From: Wolbachia endosymbiont of Cimex lectularius | GTDB taxonomy: Bacteria; Pseudomonadota; Alphaproteobacteria; Rickettsiales; Anaplasmataceae | DNA length: 32,000 nt | Direction of reading: 5' to 3' | Assembly: GCF_000829315.1 (NCBI RefSeq) | Contig: NZ_AP013028.1 | Location: 240,001 to 272,000 of the forward strand | Part shown: piece by piece, positions 27,479 through 32,000 of the stretch | How positions within the stretch are numbered: position 1 is the first letter of the stretch | Layout: each line of letters opens with the position of its first letter | Position numbers and translations under genes: made by a program | Notes under the pieces: model-generated | Databases searched by the model: none | What the model saw: the letters and a program-made list of their open reading frames with translations, nothing else | What the model was told of the DNA's origin: nothing

Positions 27479-28151
27479 GCTATCAGAAATAGTATGGAGA
27501 AAGTCAGAACATGTTTATCAAGACATTATTAACCAACCGTTTAACCAAGAATTAATGAGTGGAGCATTATCAAAAGAAAGGTTTTGTTACTATATAGAGC
27601 AAGATTCCTTTTATTTAAAACACTATGCAAATGCACTTGCTATGATTGCAGCACAATTACAAAACGTTGAACATATCAAGTATTTTCTAGAAGCTTCATT
27701 GGGCATAATTGATGAACAACAAAACCTACATTCGCTACTTAAAAAGGAGTTTGATTTTAAAGAAACAGGCAACCTTACGTTAGCAACTTTAGCCTATACG
27801 AGCTACCTTTGCTACATGTCTGCTGTTGAACCTCTTGAGGTTGCTGTTGCTGCAGCTTTACCATGTCCTTGGGTGTATAGGGAAGTTGGTCTTCATATTG
27901 CAAGACATTCTATATACAATAATCTTTTTGCATCTTGGATTAAGAACTATTCTAGTGAAAAGTTTGCGTTAGGTGTAGAAAAAGCAATCGATATTTTTGA
28001 TGATATTTCTGAGCAAACAACAAAAAGCATAAGGCAACAAATGTGTGATGCATTTTATAAATGTACTGTTTTGGAATGGTATTTTTGGTGTGATGCATAT
28101 GAAATGCGTGTTTTTGATAATACAAAATGTATTAACGTTCCCGTTGTATAA
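27471..28151 (+). CDS. tenA: TenA-family thiaminase II / aminopyrimidine aminohydrolase
   Basis: MTKLSEIVWRK... is taken as the start. The track start at 27408 adds 21 unlikely residues. TenA pattern includes FYIEQDSFYL-like CYYIEQDSFYL and ALPCPWVY. Confidence 0.85.
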   Translation: MTKLSEIVWRKSEHVYQDIINQPFNQELMSGALSKERFCYYIEQDSFYLKHYANALAMIAAQLQNVEHIKYFLEASLGIIDEQQNLHSLLKKEFDFKETGNLTLATLAYTSYLCYMSAVEPLEVAVAAALPCPWVYREVGLHIARHSIYNNLFASWIKNYSSEKFALGVEKAIDIFDDISEQTTKSIRQQMCDAFYKCTVLEWYFWCDAYEMRVFDNTKCINVPVV

Positions 28152-28390
28152 AAAAGTGTCGGCTTTGTTATTTAGCTAGCTGTGTTAGGAGATATACCAA
28201 TTCCCAATGGGCCTTTTCCTCGTTATTGTCTTATGTAATGGGAGTTGTTATTAGTATTATACTTTGGTGTTCTAACTTGGCACGAACATCGTCATTTGAA
28301 CAGATCCTGGAGCAAAAAACAGCCTATATGTTTAATACGTTAAGTATATATATTTAGATCTTCATATATACATTAGTGTTTTGTAAAAAT

Positions 28391-28533
28391 TTACAAAAAA
28401 AGCGAAAAAAAAGCTTGTTTTTCATGCTAAAAAAGACCTAAATTAAAAAGTAGCAAGTAAACATAAAAAATTTATCTTGCACTAAAGTCGGCCAAATTAG
28501 GCGATTTTATATTGTATTAATAGTGAGGATATC
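28391..28533 (+). promoter_or_regulatory. conserved upstream block of ANK cassette 1 (putative promoter/5' UTR)
   Basis: It aligns with 29226..29364 (...CTTGTTTTTCATGCTAAAAAAGAC...GTAAACATAAAAAATT...CCAAATTAGGCGATTTTATA...TTAATAGTGAGGA). A possible -35 TTGTTT and -10 CTAAAT have 17-nt spacing. The promoter role is unproven. Confidence 0.4.
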
Positions 28534-29130
28534 ATGAGTAAGGAAGCAAAAGAAGCTTTTGACAGATTTATTGGAGCATTTTTAGATAACCCGCTTCAAA
28601 ATATCAACGAAAGATTAAAAAGAGGTCGTACAGTATTGCACTATGCAGCACAACTTTCAGATGCTGGAGTAATAAGGTTGTTAATAGAAGAAGGTGCAAA
28701 TATTAATGCTAGAGATGATAATGGAGAAACAGCATTACACTTAGCAGCATTTTCAGGAAAGGTGGAAAACGTGAAAGCACTGCTCGAAGGAGGAGCAGAA
28801 GTAAATGCAATATCAAATAACAGAGCAGTGCCACTACACTTAGCGTGTTTAGCCAGAAGAATAAAAACAATAGAAGTGCTAATAAATTCGGGTGGAAATA
28901 TAGATGCAATAGATAAATTTGGATGTAGTCCACTAAGCTATGCAAAAATTTACCCGAAGGTGACGAGTCACCTAGAAAAGAAGGGAGTGAACATGAGAGA
29001 TGTACCTCCGATGTATGGAAAAGCAAACGAGGCAGTAAAAGAAATAATGGAGAGACGTGGAACAAAAGTGGTGAGTTTAGATGAAATAGAAGAAATCTTA
29101 TTGTCTGAAAAGACTAGCCAAAAAGGTTGA
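28534..29130 (+). CDS. small ankyrin-repeat protein (paralog 1)
   Basis: 198-aa ORF with ~4 ANK repeats (GRTVLHYAA, GETALHLAA, AVPLHLAC, GCSPLSYA). A GAGGA RBS precedes the ATG. Confidence 0.9.
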   Translation: MSKEAKEAFDRFIGAFLDNPLQNINERLKRGRTVLHYAAQLSDAGVIRLLIEEGANINARDDNGETALHLAAFSGKVENVKALLEGGAEVNAISNNRAVPLHLACLARRIKTIEVLINSGGNIDAIDKFGCSPLSYAKIYPKVTSHLEKKGVNMRDVPPMYGKANEAVKEIMERRGTKVVSLDEIEEILLSEKTSQKG

Positions 29131-29225
29131 CGAAAGGTAGTGAGCAAGTTTGCTTTTGTTTAATAGGTTAAGCATATAGGTTTATATCTTAACATGCCGC
29201 ATTAATATTCAAAAAAATGTGTATA

Positions 29226-29364
29226 TTTTTCAAAAAAAAACTTGCTTTTGATAGTAAAAAAGACATAGCTAAAATAGTAGTGGGTAAACATAAAAAATTC
29301 ACCTAGTGCTACAAAGTAAGCCAAATTAGGCAATTTTATATGGGTTTAATAGTTGAGGAGCATC
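29226..29364 (+). promoter_or_regulatory. conserved upstream block of ANK cassette 2
   Basis: Paralogous to 28391..28533 and ends in TTAATAGTTGAGGAGCATC just before the ATG. Confidence 0.4.
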
Positions 29365-29934
29365 ATGGTAAAATTTAGTAAAAAAGAAAGAGAGGAATTT
29401 AATAAATCGTGGGAAAAATTATTAGAGAACTCATTTAAAAATATTAATAAAAAAGACGAAAAAGGAAGAACGATATTGCATTATGCAGTGGGAAATTCCG
29501 ATCCAAAAACAGTGAGATTATTGATCAAAAAAGGAGCAGATATAAATTCTGCAGATGTGGGAGGTTATGTACCAATGCACCTAGCTGTAATAGGAGAGCA
29601 CCTAGAAAACGTAAAGGAGCTAATAAGTTCAGGAGCGAAAGTAAACGTCGCGGAACGTAATGACAAATACACCCCACTACATCTGGCATGCATGATATGG
29701 GAAGTAGAAATAGTAAAAGAATTAGTAAAAGCTGGAGCAAAAGTAGATCAACCTGATAAATCCGGCAAAACACCAATTGATTATGCTAGAAATAATAAAG
29801 AAATAACGGAAGTGTTAGAGGGCGTAAAAATCGCAAAAAAACAGGGAGAATTTCTGGAAAAGACCGTAGCCGGTGTGATATTGGCAGAGGAAGAGCTGAT
29901 AGAAGCGGATAAAGAGCTGGAGGAAAAGAGGTAG
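29365..29934 (+). CDS. small ankyrin-repeat protein (paralog 2)
   Basis: ATG at 29365 is chosen by analogy with paralog 1; the track TTG at 29353 is less likely. It has ~4 ANK repeats (GRTILHYAV, GYVPMHLAV, YTPLHLAC, GKTPIDYA). Confidence 0.9.
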   Translation: MVKFSKKEREEFNKSWEKLLENSFKNINKKDEKGRTILHYAVGNSDPKTVRLLIKKGADINSADVGGYVPMHLAVIGEHLENVKELISSGAKVNVAERNDKYTPLHLACMIWEVEIVKELVKAGAKVDQPDKSGKTPIDYARNNKEITEVLEGVKIAKKQGEFLEKTVAGVILAEEELIEADKELEEKR

Positions 29935-30185
29935 CCAAAGAGCTTCAAGCTGGAGCTTTTTGCCTATAACTGTAGGTTTAAGCGAATTTATGTTCTATTT
30001 GGTATGAGTTGGAAATTGCTGGAACTATGGATAAAGAGGAGCGTTTTAACGCGTCTTTTCATTTTTAAAATTTCACACAAAAGCTGAGAGAAACAACAGT
30101 TGCGTCTTTTTCGTAAGGGTAGCTGATTTATGGAAAAAGGGAGTGGTAAGGCTCCCAAACTACAAAGACATTCACAGGAGAAAAC

Positions 30186-30404
30186 ATGAGAAAAAAGGTA
30201 TTAACTGTAACTTGTCGGTATGAGCTTGATGAGTTAGCAGAGCAACATCTAGCAGACGCTTACGATCTGTTACTAGAATTTGCAGTAAAAAGAAACAATG
30301 AAAAGGAGGTAGAAAAAAATGATAATAGTGGCCTTATATGCGAGAGTTTTATCGAAGAACCAAGCGCAGAACAATACAATAGAGAGCCAAATTGCGGAGC
30401 TTGA
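30186..30404 (+). CDS. small hypothetical protein upstream of and overlapping the recombinase start
   Basis: 72-aa ORF with an AGGAG RBS (CACAGGAGAAAACATG). Its 3' third overlaps the recombinase reading frame. No recognisable motif. Confidence 0.35.
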   Translation: MRKKVLTVTCRYELDELAEQHLADAYDLLLEFAVKRNNEKEVEKNDNSGLICESFIEEPSAEQYNREPNCGA

Positions 30405-32000
30405 GCGTAAAATTGCAGCAGATAGGCATGAGTTATTAGATGAATATAAATTTAAGGACGATGGCTTTGGCGGATAAAATTTAGAGCGAGATGGTTTAAA
30501 AGCGTTACTTAGTAAGGCAGAAGAAGGAAAAATTAATAAGATTTATATTCATGCACTTGATCGTTTGTCACGTGACGGTAGAGATCAAAGAGATGTAATA
30601 GATGAATGTAAAAGAGCACAAGTAGAAATAATCTCTTTAGATTGTAAGATTGATAATACTCCATCATCCAATTTGCTAGTGGATGTAAAAGGAGCAGTAG
30701 CAAGGCATGAACTTGGACTAATCTCGGAGAGAAGTATGAGAGGAAAACTTCATGCTGCGAGAGAAGGTCGTATCAGTGTAATAGGTAGTGCACCTTTTGG
30801 CTATGATCGTATTAAGCATGTAGATAAAGAAAAAATAAAATTTGAAATAAATGAAGAGGAAGCAAAAATAGTGCGAGACCTGTTTAAGTGGGTAGGTCAA
30901 GAAAGAATAAGTATAAAAGAGGCCGTAAGAAGACTGAAAGAAAGGTGTATCCTTTCCCCGAGAGGTAAGAGAGTGTGGAATGTATGTACAATTCATAGAA
31001 TATTGAGGAATCGAGCATACAAAGGAGAAGCAGCATATGGTAAGACAAAAGTAGGGCCACTAAGAAAGGAAGTAAGAGCAAGGTGGAAAGTACGCAAAAA
31101 AAAATATTCTGTTTATAATAATAAAGAAAAAGATTGGATAAAAATAAGAGTACCAAGGATAGTTGAGGAGGAATTATTTAATATAGTACAAAAACAACTT
31201 GATGAAAATAGAGAGAGAGCAAGAGTACAACAAAATGGAAGAAAGCATCTATTACAAGGAATAATAGCATGTGGGTATTGCAAATATACTTATTATATAG
31301 CAAGAAATGCTAAGGGAAGCAGATACTATCATTGTACTGGCATAGATGCAAATCGTTTCGGTGGGACCAGGGTATGTAACAGTAAATCAATCAGAGCAGA
31401 GATGCTAGAAATGGTTGTATGGGAAGAAATAAAAAGGGTATTAAAAGATCCAGATGCAATTGCAAAGGAGTATAAACATAGGCTTTTAGAACATAAAAAT
31501 GGGCAACTAAATGATTAACTTGAAAAAGAAAGAGGCAAATTAGAACAAGGTATCAAAAGACTAGCTTATGTTTATGCTCGAGAACACATAACTCAAGAGG
31601 AATATGACCAAGAAGTTGAGGGAATGGAGAAGAGGTTAAAAGCAATTAAAAACCAGCAGGAAAAAATGATTAATAAAAAGGAGATAGAGGAGGAATTAGA
31701 TTTTAGCATAGGTGGCGTAAAAGTCTTTGCCTCTGGGGTTGAATCAGAACTTGATCAAGCAGATTTGGAGACTAAACTTAGTATAATTCTATACTTAGTG
31801 AGAAGCATTAAAATTGACCACGATGATATGCACATAGTGTTTCGATTTCAAGAACTGGCTATGGAAATGCAAGAAAAAAATGTTCAACATTGTATCGTGA
31901 TGCAAAACTCAATGTATTTGGCGTACTATTGTTTAATTTTTCGCACTATGTGCACTGCATGTCTTTTAAAACTACGGGGTTTCTACCCATACAAGCTGAA
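30319..32000 (+). pseudogene. phage-type large serine recombinase, degraded (frame still open at window end)
   Basis: An AAGGAGG RBS precedes ATG 30319. The resolvase-type N-domain reads IVALYARVLSKNQ...DDGFGG*NLERDGL...ALDRLSRD. The recombinase domain has GSAPFGYDR. A zinc ribbon (CGYCKYTYY...YYHCTG) and a coiled coil follow. In-frame TAA codons lie at 30475..30477 and 31516..31518. Leu occupies the expected nucleophile Ser position (30349..30351). Confidence 0.85.

Noticed and set aside
29935-29975. Possible rho-independent terminator after the second ANK gene (GAGCTTCAAGCTGGAGCTTTTTG).
   Set aside because: The arms are direct repeats, not inverted, except for a 5-bp AGCTT/AAGCT palindrome with a 1-nt loop. 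This is not a credible stem-loop.
1-32000. tRNA, rRNA, tmRNA genes and CRISPR arrays.
   Set aside because: Reading the intergenic regions revealed no cloverleaf-like T-arm/acceptor pattern, no rRNA-like conserved blocks and no regularly spaced short direct repeats. tRNAscan or Infernal would be needed to exclude small RNAs.

Overview
This is an AT-rich bacterial chromosome segment. Three things point to a Wolbachia-like (Rickettsiales/Anaplasmataceae) endosymbiont, though I ran no database search: the housekeeping gene set, many ankyrin-repeat genes, and IS5-family elements with hairpin repeats and a phage-type large serine recombinase. Gene order is: ambiguous partial ORF; polA; coiled-coil/TM-hairpin protein; truncated MITE plus transposase fragment; ABC exporter pseudogene (-); polytopic membrane protein; 776-bp repeat-rich intergenic region with a complete MITE; ftsA (-); def; family-4 UDG; Cys/His/Asp membrane protein (-); MFS transporter; tadA, pyrG, secG (-); JAB-less radC; IS5 copy 1; pdhB; mgtE (-); prfB (+1 frameshift); ANK-TM protein; membrane protein (-); IS5 copy 2; thiM (frameshifted), thiD, tenA; two tandem small ANK genes; small ORF; degraded large serine recombinase running off the window. 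No tRNA, rRNA or CRISPR array was seen by eye. The most interesting content is listed below.
- Three effector-like proteins each carry a bilobed hydrophobic hairpin near the C-terminus, and one of them has a YopT-like Cys/His/Asp arrangement.
- A MITE family has 19-bp terminal inverted repeats. One copy sits inside the loop of a hairpin repeat, and an inverted truncated copy lies 4.3 kb away.
- An in-frame hairpin repeat lies inside the UDG gene.
- A thiamine-salvage cluster is wedged between an IS and prophage-type ANK/recombinase genes.
- Two pseudogenes are disabled only by in-frame TAA codons.
All functional calls rest on motifs read by eye and need HMM or structure searches.
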